This document shows, one piece after another, positions 1-13,031 of a DNA stretch of 64,000 nucleotides. The DNA comes from Hypanus sabinus (lineage: Eukaryota). A program made the position numbers and the translations under genes. The notes under the pieces were generated by a model. The model was not told the origin of the DNA and did not search any database. It saw only the letters and a program-made list of their open reading frames with translations. Numbering within the stretch: position 1 is the stretch's first letter; every line of letters starts with the position of its first letter. The stretch lies in assembly GCF_030144855.1 (NCBI RefSeq), contig NW_026779211.1, positions 62,001 to 126,000 of the forward strand, written 5' to 3'.

Positions 1-191
1 TGTTGGCGAGAATACATCTAGTGCTACATAGGGGTTAGAAAATAGTCGCGGACCGAATGGACAGCTGTTGCTCCTCTGCGCAGTCGTCCCTCGACTTTCG
101 CTCACTCACCACTCGCTGACCATTTCTTCTCCCCTCTGTCTCCGGCTCCCCCTACTCACTGACCGTTCTCTTCTCCCTGTCTTTGGGCCAG

Positions 192-491
192 AGGCGAATT
201 CGCAGAAGATCCATCAGACTCCGCAGGCTGTCTGCGCGCCTCCAGGGAAGGATGTCCGACTGAGCCTGCACGCTATCCGGAGGCAGCAGCGATCCATACA
301 TGTACTGGTACCGGCAATACCCGGGAGAGGCTCCACAGTACCTGTTCCGGTCCACTGCCATAAATTTTGTAACTCCGGACAAAGCCGTGGAGGGATTCAT
401 CGCCAAGAGGCCTGAGGAAAAGACCTTCATTCTGACAAGCGACCAGATCTGGGCTAATCACTCGGCCGTGTACTTCTGCGCCTGGAGTCGA
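192..491 (+). pseudogene. TRBV: V1: TCR-beta V exon, family B (TRBV30-like), frameshifted; leader lies upstream of the window
   Basis: Acceptor ccAG at 190-191. Reads EANSQKIHQTPQAV, then an extra C at 265-266 (tgagcctgca vs tgagctgca in V4/V6) shifts the frame. MYWYRQ...YFCAWSR continues in the next frame. Confidence 0.85.
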
Positions 492-530
492 CACAGTGAC
501 TCAGAGAAATGGGCCGACGCGACAAAAACC
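492..530 (+). other. 23-RSS of V1 (perfect)
   Basis: CACAGTG-23 nt-ACAAAAACC. Confidence 0.95.
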
Positions 531-1588
531 TCCACCGTCGACAAGTTGGGGAGAACAGGAAATGATGTGTGCGGCTGCAGTGACGTCACGTGCAAAAGTC
601 GTATCGTTGACCGCAGAGGAAATTCCGAAATGGAACAGTAAAGGAAATGATGAAATTAAGCTAGTTCCATCTGTATACGATCCACCATTCCTCCATTCCC
701 TACTCGTTCATGTACCTGTCCATCTGTCTCTTGTCACACCCGACACCTCCACCACCACTATCAGCGCGTTTCTGCAGCCCCGCCACCTGTGGAATGAAAC
801 TTGCACCACACATCTTGGACAGGAACTGTTAGGAGGGGAACAGCACTTTCCCCAAGGCCCTATGACTATTCAACCTTCCGCAGATTCATCACCCTCCCGT
901 TAAACAAATTCCTCTTCATCTCCATTCTATGTTCCCCTATTGTCAAACAGAAGAGTTACCCTGTTCACTAGTTTAACTCGTGTTGTCAATGAGCCTCTGT
1001 CGTGTCTGCCTCCACCTCCACCACACGTCGCAGCACATTCCAGGCTCCCACCACACTCTGTGTCGAAAATACAAATAACCTGCCCTGCATAACCCACGTG
1101 ATCACACGGTTATTGTCTGAAGATGTTCACAATTTATCGACTTTATTGGGGGAAACAGCGCGGTACCAGGCCTTTCTAGACATGTCATCAGCTGACCCAC
1201 TCGGAGGCAGGAAGGTGTGTGAATCTGTGATGAAACCGGAGGTCACGTGGAGAATGTACAAACTCCTCACAGACATCCGGGGAATTGATTCGGAGCGCTG
1301 TAGCAGCGGCTCGTTGTCCGTAACGCCCCGCCTCCGTGCCGGTACATTCTCTTCCCCACCCCCATGTGAGAATACGTTTCTCCAGATCACTGTCCCGACA
1401 TTTGACAAGAGATTGATCAGTGGGTTTGATCCCCGCACCTCGAGCTGATTCTAAACGAACCCTCTGTTCCTCAGAGCCGCCGGCAGACTCCGAATGATGC
1501 CTTCTACGTCTTTTAATGAACATGTGGCTGTTCTGTGCAGCGACGATCAATGTCTCTCACAGATCAGCTGCTTCCTGTCGCCGGCGAA

Positions 1589-1627
1589 GTTTTTTGTCGG
1601 GCCCCGGCGTGTCTCTGAGCCACTGGG
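1589..1627 (-). other. Defective 23-RSS of V2
   Basis: CCCAGTG (critical CAC altered)-23 nt-ACAAAAAAC. Confidence 0.85.
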
Positions 1628-1776
1628 AGACTCCAGGCGCAGTAGTAGACGGCCGGCTGGTCCGGGCGCACGCTGGCCGAGCTGAGAATGAAAGTCTTTG
1701 CATCGGGTCTCCGGGCGGTGAAGCCGTCCACGGCCCCCTTTGGAATTTCTGAGTCAGTACCCGCGGAAAGAAACAG
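1628..1776 (-). pseudogene. TRBV: V2: 3' half of a family A TCR-beta V; leader, intron and 5' V deleted
   Basis: LFLSAGTDSEIPKGAVDGFTARRPDAKTFILSSASVRPDQPAVYYCAWS is fused directly to the family A 5'UTR (ctcgcacaacagcga|ctgtttc). No leader or WYRQ present. Confidence 0.85.
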
Positions 1777-2029
1777 TCGCTGTTGTGCGAGGGAGCCAGC
1801 ACGGAACAAAGTGCGGCATCAGGACCCCGCCCCTTCCGGGCACATTGCTGACCGCCGTTTCCAATCCGGAATACGGAAAATGCTGAAGAGCTGGGACAAA
1901 GCCCGAGACGTCATTTCCATATCTGCGCCCAGACCTGGTGAGTTCTGACAACAATTTGTGTGTGTGTGTTGAGTCGGATGGACGGCATCTGGAGACTTCC
2001 GCGTGTTTAGCGGGTAGTAAACTCCGCCA

Positions 2030-2250
2030 TCATGAACAGTATCCCGCCCAGCACAGAGCACATCTTCAACAGGCGATCCCTCAGTAAGGCAGCATCAATC
2101 ATTGTCGAGCTCCATCACCCAGTACATGCCCTCTTCTCATTACTACCATCAAGGGAGGAGTGCGGGAGATCGGGGACCCACACTCAACGATTCAGAAACA
2201 GCTTCTTCCCCTCCGCAATCAGATTTCTGATCGGAACACGAACCCATGAA
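2030..2250 (+). mobile_element. Rex1/Babar-type LINE 3' fragment upstream of family A promoters; copies at 9500-9670(+), 15490-15710(+), 31020-31240(-), 37260-37490(-), 47940-48170(-)
   Basis: KAASIIVELHHPVHALFSLLPS...THTQRFRNSFFPSAIRFL, typical of this LINE ORF2 C-terminus. Confidence 0.65.
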
Positions 2251-3121
2251 CTCCACCGCTGTGTTTTATTTCCTTTGAGCTTGGACCCCACAATGCGTCT
2301 GCTCATCAACACTGGATTGGTCTTGCCCTTAACAGTGTACAGTCTCCTTACTTTGACCCACTAAGGCTGAACTCCATCGGCCATTTCTCAGCCTATATCT
2401 GTAGGTGATCGATATCCCATTGTATTCTTTGCGAGTCCTACACGAATGTCATCATCACCGACCTTCGCATCATCTGCAAAATTACTAAACAACCCATCCA
2501 CGTTTTCAGCCAGTTCGTTTATATAGAAACACAGAAAAGCTTATATAGTAACATAGAAAAACATAGTTAATAGCCTGTTTGGCCTAGCGTTTATTATTTT
2601 CTGTTCTGCCGTTAAAATACTTTTCGCATTAAAGCGGCACCTTTCTCTTTTCAATCACCCGCTCTCTCCTCCCTCCCCTCCCTCACCACCTCTCTCTCGG
2701 TCTCTCACTCTCCTTGTCTCTCTCACTCACTCTCTCTCTTATTCTCTCCGTCCTTTTCCCCCATGAACCACGGCTCAGACGTCGTCAACGTTATGTACTT
2801 TGATTCTTTGCTTGGAGATCTGCGGAGGAAAAACCAAAATACTAATTTTACTCTACTCAACGCCGCCTTGAAACTCCTCAGATAAATCCTCGGCCGATCT
2901 CAGACTCTGCTGGGTCCGCAGCCAGTGAGGCAGAGCGCAGCCGCACAATCTACTCATCTCCGCACACACCGTCCCTGTCTTTCAGAATGGGTAGAGAATA
3001 TCAGCCAACAGCAGCGTGAGGTCATGCGTCCATCAGGGCGGAAAGGGCGGGGCCACCTTTACTCACTCACTTCATTCTCGAACGCATCTCCAAATCGTGA
3101 GGGAAAAGCTTTGAGTGAAGT

Positions 3122-4279
3122 ATGCTGCTGTTGCTTTTGAGTTGATAAAAAGTTGACCTTATTTAATAATTAAACAGCCCTCTCTAACTATTCCGTACCT
3201 TTTCATTCCATCTCCTCCCTCATCTTTTCACCGTCCGTTCTTCCTGCCATTTCGATTTTCTATCCATTGCTGCATTTTTACTTCCTGCATTTCAATCAAT
3301 GAATGTTTTATTCTTTTCCCCCCATCGTTATCCATGACGTAGTCATCTTTCCATTCTCTCTGTATTCCTCTGCCTTTCCCCCTCCCTTTCTCCCTTCCTC
3401 TTCTCTTTCTCTGTTATTTTCACCTTCCATCTGCCATTATTTCTATCTCTCTATCTTCCGTTTGATCTGTTCTTCCTTATTCTCCGACTCTCTTTCTCTC
3501 TTGCCCTGACACTCTGTTATTGTCCATTTCCTACTACAGATCACCTTTCAAATTTATCTCTACCTCTCACATTCTCGTTCTCTNNNNNNNNNNNNNNNNN
3601 NNNNNNNNNNNNNNNNNNNNNNNNNNNNNNNNNNNNNNNNNNNNNNNNNNNNNNNNNNNNNNNNNNNNNNNNNNNNNNNNNNNNNNNNNNNNNNNNNNNN
3701 NNNNNNNNNNNNNNNNNNNNNNNNNNNNNNNNNNNNNNNNNNNNNNCTTATCACTCTGCCTATCGTATTGGCTGCCTTCTGAACCCAGTGCTGTTGTTTC
3801 GTAAATCTCCAACCATTCGTCAATTTACTGAACGTTCCCGATCAGTCACTTCTCCTCTACTCACCTATTCTGCTTCTCTACGCGGTCTGTCTAACCCCAC
3901 ACTCCACCCGCTCCCCGCCCCCGGATCTCCTCCCGTCCTACAGATTATTGACCTTGCCCTTCTCCCCGTCTCACTTCCAGGAGTGAGCCCGCAGGACATC
4001 GTCCAGACTCCTCCGACCCTCACCAAGCTTCCTGGGGAGAGAGTGGCTCAGAGGTGCCTCAGAAAGGGCAGCAGCAGCAGTAACGCCTTCTACTGGTACA
4101 GACAATACCCCGGGAAGGAGATTCACAACCTCTTTTACTCCGGGGCTGTCAACACCGTCTATCCTTAGTGGGCGGTGGACGGATTCACCGCCCGGAAACC
4201 GGATGCCGAGACGTTCCTTCTGAGCTCTCCCGGCGCGCTGTCCAACCATTCGGCCGTCCACTTCTGCGGGTGCAGTCTT
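3122..4279 (+). pseudogene. TRBV: V3: family C TCR-beta V pseudogene
   Basis: Leader ATG at 3122 (MLLLLLS*) lacks the splice donor seen in V11/V13. V exon from 3981 (GVSPQDIVQTPP...FYWYRQYPGKEIHNLFYSGAVNTVYP) has TAG at 4166-4168 where paralogs have CAG. Ends HFCGCS. Confidence 0.85.
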
Positions 4280-4318
4280 CACTGTGACTCAGAGACACAC
4301 TGACCCCGAAAAAAATCC
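4280..4318 (+). other. Degenerate 23-RSS of V3
   Basis: CACTGTG-23 nt-AAAAAATCC; spacer nearly identical to those of V11/V13. Confidence 0.75.
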
Positions 4319-6104
4319 TTCTAACGTGACAGGAAGCAGCTGGTGGTGGGGCTGGCCAGGTGCATGCATAGACTGTCTTCGCTCTCTCTGTCACACTCCC
4401 CGTTCTTTCTCTCTTTACTCTGTCTCGCCCTCACCTCTCCCTACTCTTCCCCCTCTTCCCGAGTTTCCACTCCATGTCTCTCCCAAACTCAGTGGAGAAA
4501 GCCTGGTTGTATTTACACTATCAGCAGCCTTCATAAAAACTCCGTCCTTCAACTCTCCCCTCCTATTTCTTCGCTTCAAGGGATAAATTCCGAACCCAAT
4601 CACCGTTTGCATCAAGTCAAAATACCCCGGCAACATCCGTGTAGATGTTCCCTTCACGCTTTCAGTCGTTTAATCTGGCAAATAGAAACTGAGCAAACGG
4701 CCTGACTCCTGCATTGCCCTTTCTCACCTCTTCTGGCGCCTCTCCCTCGCTTCCGTTCTTCCAACCAATCAGGAAACGGGGGAGAAGCAGCCAATCAGGC
4801 TTTTCTTACGCACCTCCTTTTCTATTCTTTTCCAATCTTTTTATTAATGTCAAAATATGAAATATATGGTATTGCTACACAATTATCGGGATTACATTGT
4901 TAATGGTTACATATATAAATATATAATCAGTTAATACAAGGGTAAGGAACCACCCAAAATTGCTCCTGTACAGATATAGTATGCATGGAAAAAAGGATAA
5001 ACTTATCCAAAAACAAAAAAAAAAATAGAAAAGGAAAACAATATATACACTCCCCCGCCCTCAATAAAAAAATCTAAACAATACTAAGTAAAAGCTAAGC
5101 AAAACGAAAGAACATGCGTTGTTTGTAACATCAAAAAAGAAAGACTCATTAGTGTCATCAACTTTGATTGAGAGAATAGAACTGGGACGTGAACTTGGTT
5201 GAGTGAACTCGGCCGTTTCTCCTTGGAGCGACGGAGGATTAGAGGTGACCTTGGGAGAACTAACGTTGTGTCGCGACCTGTATTGATCTCTGAACTCCGA
5301 TAGGCCCCGGGATGTAATGACGTCGCACGAACCCTTGACTATGGCGCCCAAGGCTACAGTCCTGTTGATGGGTCCGCCTCGTCGGCGTTGATTCCACTTT
5401 AAGATGGCCAGCGTAGTCCCCGCTTCAGCACAATTCACACTCGTCCCCGGTAAAATACAATTAGCGATCGCTTGGTTTTCTCTGAGATGACGCAACTTTA
5501 ATCCGGCTGTCGTTTACTGTTTCATTTTTTCCGGTGAATATGATGCGTTAACATCAACGCTCATGCAGACAACAGTTCATGTTTCCTTATTGCCGGAGTT
5601 CAGCGCAAACAAAGGTGTTAGCAAGTATGTACTGCGCGATAGAATAGACTGACCGTTGATTTGTCATGAGGGATGGTGGAGATGGAGAAAGAGAGAGACA
5701 GATCACGAAGTAAGAGCGATCCTAGCGACCAAGTGGGATACAGCTCGCAATTTCAGGAGTTGGAAATAAGAACGTAAGGTCCACTTGGCAACTTGCGAAG
5801 ACTTAACGAAAAATTCATTTCCAAAATACTCCACCGGTACCGAGCGGCGAACAAGCATAAGGAGCCCCACGCTTTTGAAACAACCTCACGCCCAGGAGCA
5901 TTCTCCAGAGATCATTGGACGACGGCGAGCCAATCACATCACGCCTTTGCACTTGGCCACAGCCCACTTCCAACGCCGATTGGGTGGGGGCTGGACTCAG
6001 AGCTCATCTCGCTCACCAACGCCGCGCGTCACACAGTCGGCTGAGATCGGACACCGAGACAAGAGTTCAGTCCGGGCGCACACGCTGCAGCCGAAAACCA
6101 TAAA

Positions 6105-6808
6105 ATGATATTCCTCGCCCTTCTTCTGGGTTTTATTTTCTACTACCCCGGTAAGTAAATTTCACTTCGAGTTTCAACCTGACAGCCAATCATGTCATGA
6201 ACTCCACAACTCTTTAAAAATTACATTTTTGTCCAATTCCAACACCGCCTGAATATTTGTTAGTTCAGTGCAGTAAAATGTTTATTGGTTTCAAGAGAAG
6301 TTTCAGAAATATATAGTGTGTTGGCCAGAATACACCTAGAGCTACGTAGGGTCTAGAAAACAGTCGCGGACCGAATGGACAGCTGGTGTTCCTGTGCGCA
6401 TTTGTCCCTCTGCTTTCCCTCACTCACCCCTCGCTGACCATTCCTTCTCCCCTCTGTCTCCGGCTCCCCCTACTCACTGACCGTTCTCTTCTCCCTGTCT
6501 TTGGGCCAGAGGCGAATTCGCAGAAGATCCATCAGACTCCGCAGGCTGTCTCCGCGCCTCCAGGGAAGGATGTCCGACTGAGCTGCACGCTATCCGGAGG
6601 CAGTAGCGATCCATACATGTACTGGTACCGGCAATACCCGGAAGAGGCTCCACAGTACCTGTTCCGGTCCACTGGCACAGATATAGTAACTCCGGACAAA
6701 GCCGTGGAGGGATTCATCGCCAAGAGGCCTGAGGAAAAGACCTTCATTCTGACAAGCGACCAGATCTGGGCCAAACACTCGGCCGTGTACTTCTGCGCCT
6801 GGAGTCGA
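6105..6808 (+). CDS. TRBV: V4: intact TCR-beta V, family B (leader 6105-6150, V exon 6510-6808)
   Basis: Leader MIFLALLLGFIFYYP G|gtaagt; acceptor ccAG; EANSQKIHQTPQAVSAPPGKDVRLSC...MYWYRQ...SAVYFCAWSR with both Cys and the conserved Trp. Confidence 0.9.
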
Positions 6809-6847
6809 CACAGTGACTCAGAAATATGGGCCGACTCGACAAAAACC
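6809..6847 (+). other. 23-RSS of V4 (perfect)
   Basis: CACAGTG-23 nt-ACAAAAACC. Confidence 0.95.
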
Positions 6848-7916
6848 TCCACTGTCGACAAGGTGGGGAGAACAGGAAATGACGTGTACCGCTGCGGTCA
6901 CGTCATGTGCAAAAGTCGTACGACTGACCGCAGAGGAAATGACGAAAAGGAACGGTACAGGAAATGATGTAAATTAAGCTAAGCCCACCTACATACGGTC
7001 CATGTTCCTCGATTACCTACTGGTTCATGTACCTGTCCATCTGTCTGTCGTCACACCAGCCACCTCCACAAACTCTATCAGCGCGTTTCAGGCAGCACCG
7101 CTCCCTGTGGAATGAAACTTGACCCGCACATCTTGGACAGGATCTGTTAGGAGGGGAAACAACTCCTTTCCCAAGGCCGTATGACTATTCAGACTCCCGC
7201 AGATTCATCACCCTCCCGTTAAACAAATTCCTCTTCATCTCCATTCTATAGAGCTGTTCCTCTATTGTCAGACAGTAGCGTTATGCTGTTCACTATTTTA
7301 ACTCGTGTTGTCAATGAGCCTCTGTCGTATCTGCCTCCAGCTCCACCACCCGTCGCAGCACATTCCAGGCTCCCACCACACTCTGTGTCGAAAATACAAA
7401 CAACCTACCCTGCATAACTCACGTAATCACACCGTTATTGTCAGAAGATGCTCGTATTTTATCGGCTTTATTGGGGGAAACGGCACGGTAGCAGGCCTTT
7501 CGAGACATGTCATCAGTTGTCCTTCTACAAGGTTGGAAGGAGTGTGAATCTGTGATGAAACCGGAGGACGCCCAAGAGGTCACGTGGAGAATGTGCAAAC
7601 TCCTCTCAGACATCCGGGGAATTGAATCGGAGCGCTGTAGCAGCGTCTCGTTGACCGTAACACCCCGCTACCGTGCCGGCACATTCTCTTCCCCACTCCC
7701 ATGTGAAAATACGTTTCTCCAGATCACTGTCCCGACATTTAGCAAGAGATTGATCAGTGGGTTTGATCCCCGCACCTCGAGCTGATCCTGATCGAACCCT
7801 AGGTTTCTCAGTGACACCTGCAGACTTGCTAATAATCCTTTGCAAGCGTTTTTAACAAAATGTGCGTGTTCTGTGTTCTGTGTTCTGTGTTCCCAGATCA
7901 ATGGCTTTCACAGATC

Positions 7917-7955
7917 AGTTTTTGTCGGGCCCCGGCGTGTCTCTGAGCCACTGTG
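7917..7955 (-). other. 23-RSS of V5
   Basis: CACAGTG-23 nt-ACAAAAACT. Confidence 0.95.
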
Positions 7956-9261
7956 AGGTCTCCAGGCGCAGTAGTAGACGGCCGACTGGTCCGGGCGCAC
8001 GCTGGCCGAGCTGAGGATGAACGTCTTTGCATTGGGTCTCCGGGCGGTGAAGCCGTCCACAGCCCCCTGCCGATTTACTACGCCGGTATACGTGGAATGA
8101 AACAGGTACTGAATCTCCTTCCCGGGATATTGTCGATACCAGTAGGGATAATTGTCAACGCTACCGCCGTCCAGGATGCATTTCAGCCCCACGCTCTCGC
8201 CGGGAGATTTGGACAGAGCCGGCGTGTCCTGGCGAACGGACTGAGATGCCGATCCTGGGGAAGGGAACGGGAAGTGAGGAGAGGTAAGTGAATGGGAAGA
8301 CCCAAGTACGTCTATTGTTAAAGGATAGGAGGGGCTGTGGTGGAAACGAACGAGGTGATCAATGCGAATAAACGCTTATTTTTATTAACATTGCCGATGT
8401 ATACGTACTGAGGAGCACAAAATTATTAATCTGGTGATTATTTTGATGTCCCCAAGAACCATTCGGTTCTTGTCCCGAACGGCTGGTCCCGAATCACTAC
8501 AGGTTAGCAACGCTACGATCACCTTGATCATTATGCACTGAAACAGACCTGGATTTGGCCTGTCCGAATTGTGCGAAGCCGTGAATAATTTACATTTGAG
8601 TCATTTTGCCCTGTGAATTAGCTGATCTGATGCCCTGCGCTTTGATGATGTTGCCAGTAAGGTTGTCAATCGGAATAAGCTCGATATCGACACGAAAAAA
8701 TAAACACGGAGGAAATACCGCAGGGAGGCAAAAAGTGAAAAAAACAAAAATAAATTTAAAAGGTGTTTTATGAATGGGTGTCATTAAGGGTCATTGAATC
8801 CTGTTCATACCGACACTGTTTACCAGCGAACTCGTCCCATCTACGGGTGTCCGGTCAAAAGGCCCGTAAACATCTCCAATCCAAGCACTCATGTGCAAGC
8901 AGTAGTAGTTTAAACTTCCCAAATATGTCCGCTGGTATTTCAGGCAGCTAATTCCAACGAATCATCATCCTCTGATATCCGCTTTCAATATTTCGCCTCC
9001 CTTGAGAAATGCGTGCCGTCACGTTTAAAGTCCATGCCCTTATCTTCGACTCTCTCGGGATTGAAACCCTAATTGACCTACGATATCGTATCGCGGGAGC
9101 GCCGATTACTGCAAAGCTCTGCTAAATCTCTTCTGCACACTTTCCAGCTTTTCATCTTTCCGATGACAGTAACCAAACCTGGTTAAAGAGCCATAGTTAA
9201 TTGTAGTGTTCGATTCTGTCTTACCCTGAAGCAACGCCGCCAGGACGAGTAACAGCAACAT
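7956..9261 (-). CDS. TRBV: V5: intact TCR-beta V, family A (leader 9225-9261, V exon 7956-8254)
   Basis: Leader MLLLLVLAALLQ G|gtaag; GSASQSVRQDTPALSKSPGESVGLKC...YWYRQYPGKEIQYLFHS...YYCAWRP, open frame. Confidence 0.9.
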
Positions 9262-10639
9262 CTTCTCTCCGAATCCTTCTCTGTGTTGTGAGAGGGAGCG
9301 ATTGAGGGGGAAAAAATTGCCGCATCCGAGCCTCGCCCCTTCCGGGCACTTTGCTGCCTGCAGTGACCAATCCGGAATTCGGAAATACGGCCGAAACGTC
9401 ATTTCCACATCTGCGCCCTCGCTGGTGAGTTCTTACATCATTTTGTGTGTGTTGATTTACATCAGCACCGAATTGGTCAGTGACTTCCCCGGGCATCGAG
9501 GACATCTTGAAAAAGCGTACCATTAAAAGGGCAGCGTGCATCATGAACGACCCCCAGCACACCCTCTTCCTATTTCTACCATCAAAGATGAGATACAGGA
9601 GACCGAGGAGCCACACTCACTGGTTCAGGAACAGCTTCTGCCCTCCGCCATTAGATTTCTGATCGGCAGATGAACCCCATGAACGCTAATTCAGTCTNNN
9701 NNNNNNNNNNNNNNNNNNNNNNNNNNNNNNNNNNNNNNNNNNNNNNNNNNNNNNNNNNNNNNNNNNNNNNNNNNNNNNNNNNNNNNNNNNNNNNNNNNNN
9801 NNNNNNNNNNNNNNNNNNNNNNNNNNNNNNNNNNNNNNNNNNNNNTGTGTCTGTGCGTGTGTGTGTTTGTGTTTGTGTAAGTGTGTTTGTGTCTCTGCGT
9901 GTGTGTGTATTTGTGTGTGTGCGTGTGAGAGTGTGTGGGGGGGTGTGTGTGTAAGTGTGTTTGTGTCTGTGCGTGAGTGTGTGTATTTGTGTGTGCGTGT
10001 GAGTGTGTGTGGGGGTGTGTGTGGGTAAGTGTGTTTGTGTCTGTGCGTGTGTGTGTTTGGGTGTGTGTGTGTAAGTGTGTTTGTGTGTGTGTGTGTTTGT
10101 GGGTGTGTGTGTGTTTGTGTGTGTGGGTGTGTCTGTGTGTGTTTGCGTGTGGTACAATCTTTCTGCTTAATGCTACATCTGATTGCTTATATAACTACTT
10201 ATTAATCTCCGTAATAGTCTCTTTATTTATCTGCTATTTATTGTCCGTGCAGTCGTCTATATATTAATTTGTGTATATATTTACATTTACTTTAATTGAT
10301 AATATATTTGATCCATTGCACCGGACTGCTGTATAAGTAACAATAAATTTTACCACATCTGCCATTCATTATAAAACCGATTCCGGTTCTGATAGTGTAC
10401 CGCCATTCCTCCCTTTGTGATTGGCGGCCTGGTCGCCTGGAGAACAGGAGGGGGCGCTGTAGAACGAGCTGAGAGTGACGTACTTAGAAAGGGGAGGCAT
10501 CTCAAGCGTGGAATCAGCGGAGAAGACCTGTAAATGCAGGTCAATATAGTAAGACTCCGGCTGGCTTCCCAACCTTTTTATTTATCTGAATATAGAGAGA
10601 GTACAGAGGAGATTTACTAAAATGATACGTTGGTTTCAG

Positions 10640-11085
10640 CACCTAAGTTACAGGGAAAAGTTGAAAAAGTTAGGTCTTTATTCGTTGGAGTGTAGAAGAC
10701 TGAGGGGGAACGATAGAGGCATTTAAAATTATGAGGGGGATAGAGAGAGTTGACGTGGATAGGCGTTTTCCATTGAGAGTAGGGGAGATTCAAACAAGAG
10801 GACATGCGTTGAGAGTTAGGGGTCAAAAGTTTAGGGGTAACATGAGGTGGAATTTCTTTACTCAGAGAGTGGTAGCTGTGAGGAATGAGCTTCCCGTAGA
10901 AGTGGTAGAGGCAGGTTCGGTATTGTCATTTAAAGTAAAATTGGACAGCAATATGGAAAAGGAAGGAATGGGGGGTTATGGGCTGAGTGCGGGTCGAGGG
11001 TACGAGGTCAGAGTAAGCGTTCGGCACGGAATAGAAGGGCCGAGATGGCCTGATTCCGTGCTGTAATTGTTGTATGATTATATAA
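10640..11085 (+). mobile_element. 5'-truncated CR1 3' end
   Basis: MRGIERVDVDRRFPLRVGEIQTRGH...FFTQRVVAV; matches 25420-25895 and 50800-51190. Confidence 0.85.
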
Positions 11086-11089
11086 CCCC

Positions 11090-11480
11090 TTTCCCACGTC
11101 TCTTCAGTTCGGTTACAACCACCAGCAACTTTAGTTTAAACACACCCCGTTAGCCTATTCAAAACTCCCTGCCAGGATATTGGTGCCCCTCAGATTCAAA
11201 AGCAACCCATACTAATTGTACAGGTCACGCCTGCCCTGAAATCAGTCTCAATGATCCCGAAATCTGTTTCATTGCCCCCTGCTCCAATCGCTCCGCCACG
11301 CATTTGTCCACCAACTTACTCTATTTATGTACTCTCTGTCGCATAGCACCGTTCCTGCACACACTCCCGGGTCCCGACACAAACTGAATTCCACCCACAC
11401 ACTTCCATCATACACTCCCTGGGTCGGAAACTCAGTGTAACCTCCCTCTAAAACTTTTCTACACAGGCCCGTGTCCATAT
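11090..11480 (-). mobile_element. CR1 ORF1 3' fragment, inverted relative to the adjacent CR1 end
   Basis: Reverse complement reads ...GTNILAG...tttaaactaa, as at the ORF1 end near 57650-57713; paralog at 51200-51600. Confidence 0.6.
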
Positions 11481-12364
11481 GAGACAATTCCTCTTGCAAC
11501 TCCTTCCACACACGGACCATCTTCAGGAAGAAGGTGTTGCAAATGAGGTCCTCATTAAATCCCTTCTCTCTCGCCTTAGATCTGCTCCCTCAACTGTTTG
11601 ATCCTCTTTCTCTACCCCACTCTCTTTCGCCGTATCTCTCCTCTCTCTCTCACTCAGTCTCACTCTCACTCTCTCTCCCTCTTCCTCTCTCTCTCCTCTC
11701 TCTCTCTCAGTCACTCTNNNNNNNNNNNNNNNNNNNNNNNNNNNNNNNNNNNNNNNNNNNNNNNNNNNNNNNNNNNNNNNNNNNNNNNNNNNNNNNNNNN
11801 NNNNNNNNNNNNNNNNNNNNNNNNNNNNNNNNNNNNNNNNNNNNNNNNNNNNNNNNNNNNNNNNNNNNNNNNNNNNNNNNNNNNNNNNNGACCCTGTCTT
11901 ATGGATCTCATTCTTGATTTATCAATGAAGGGTGAAGGCGATGTTGAATGAAAGTGAGATATATCAGGCAGGAAGGGAAACCTAAGCTACCAGGGGAGGA
12001 AGACAGGTTGGAATTTCGGGAGTTGGGAGAAAGCTGCGGTCCACTCGGCAACTTGCGACAAATTAACGAGGAATTGAGTTTCCAGATGAGTCATCGGTAG
12101 CGATCGGCGAACAGCCATTAGGAGCGCCGCGTCCTTGTAACGATCTCAGGTCCATGCGCATTCTCCGGAGATCATTGGAAGACCGCGAGCCAATCACATG
12201 CCGCACTTGCCGGCATTGTCTGCAGTTGGCCACAGCCCAATTCCGGCGCCGATTGGGTGGGAGGAGTTTGGACTGACACGTCATCTACCTCCCCGGCTCG
12301 ACGCTTCTCCGAGTTCACTGAGTCAAGAACCCTCGTCGGGCGCACGCTGCAGCCAAATCACAAA

Positions 12365-13031
12365 ATGAGATTACTCGCCCTTTTACTGGGTTCTATTTTC
12401 TACTACCCCGGTAAGTAAATTTCACCTCAACTACTCAACCCTTCAGCCATGGAAACCCACAAATATTGAAAAATTATATTTCTATCCAGTTCCTTCACTG
12501 CCTGGATATGGGATATTTCAGTACAGTAAAATGGTTATTGTCTTCCAAAGGCCAGATTAGATCTATAACTAGTAGGGGCTAGCAAATAATTGAGGACCGA
12601 ATGGACAACTGGTTTTCCTGTGCGCAGTCGTCCCTCTGCTTTGCCTCACTCACCCCTCGCTGTCCATTCCTTCTCTCTGTCTCCGGCTCCCCCTAATCAC
12701 TGACCGTCTTATTCTCCCTGTCTTTTGGCCAGAGGCGAATTCGCAGAAGATCCATCAGACTCCGCAGGCTGTCTCCGCGCCTCCAGGGAAGGATGTCCGA
12801 CTGAGCTGCACGCTATCCGGAAGCAGTAGCGATCCATACATGTACTGGTACCGGCAATACCCGGGAGTAGCTCCCCAGTACCTGTTCGAATCCGCTGGTA
12901 CAGATATAGTAACTCCGGACAAAGCCGTGGAGGGATTCATCGCCAAGAGGCCTGAGGAAAAGACCTTCATTCTAACAAACGACCAGATCTGGGCCAATCA
13001 GTCGGCCGTGTACTACTGCGCCTGGAGTCGT
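12365..13031 (+). CDS. TRBV: V6: intact TCR-beta V, family B (leader 12365-12410, V exon 12733-13031)
   Basis: Leader MRLLALLLGSIFYYP G|gtaagt; EANSQKIHQ...MYWYRQYPGVAPQYLFESAGTD...YYCAWSR, open frame. Confidence 0.9.

Noticed and set aside
1002-1448. Recurring ORFs in the B/A spacer (1002-1448, 7507-7785)
   Set aside because: Frames are not conserved between copies, and the inverted paralogs at about 39200 and 49600 are disrupted. This is duplicated non-coding flank.
6809-7955. RSS-bounded segment as a RAG/Transib-type transposon
   Set aside because: Both ends are ordinary V 23-RSSs, with no TSD and no transposase remnant; the layout follows from tail-to-tail V genes.
1740-12910. Shared SAGTD CDR2 in V2 (family A) and V6 (family B) as recent inter-family conversion
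   Set aside because: Codons differ at synonymous sites (tcc gcg ggt act gac vs tcc gct ggt aca gat), which favours convergence or old ancestry.
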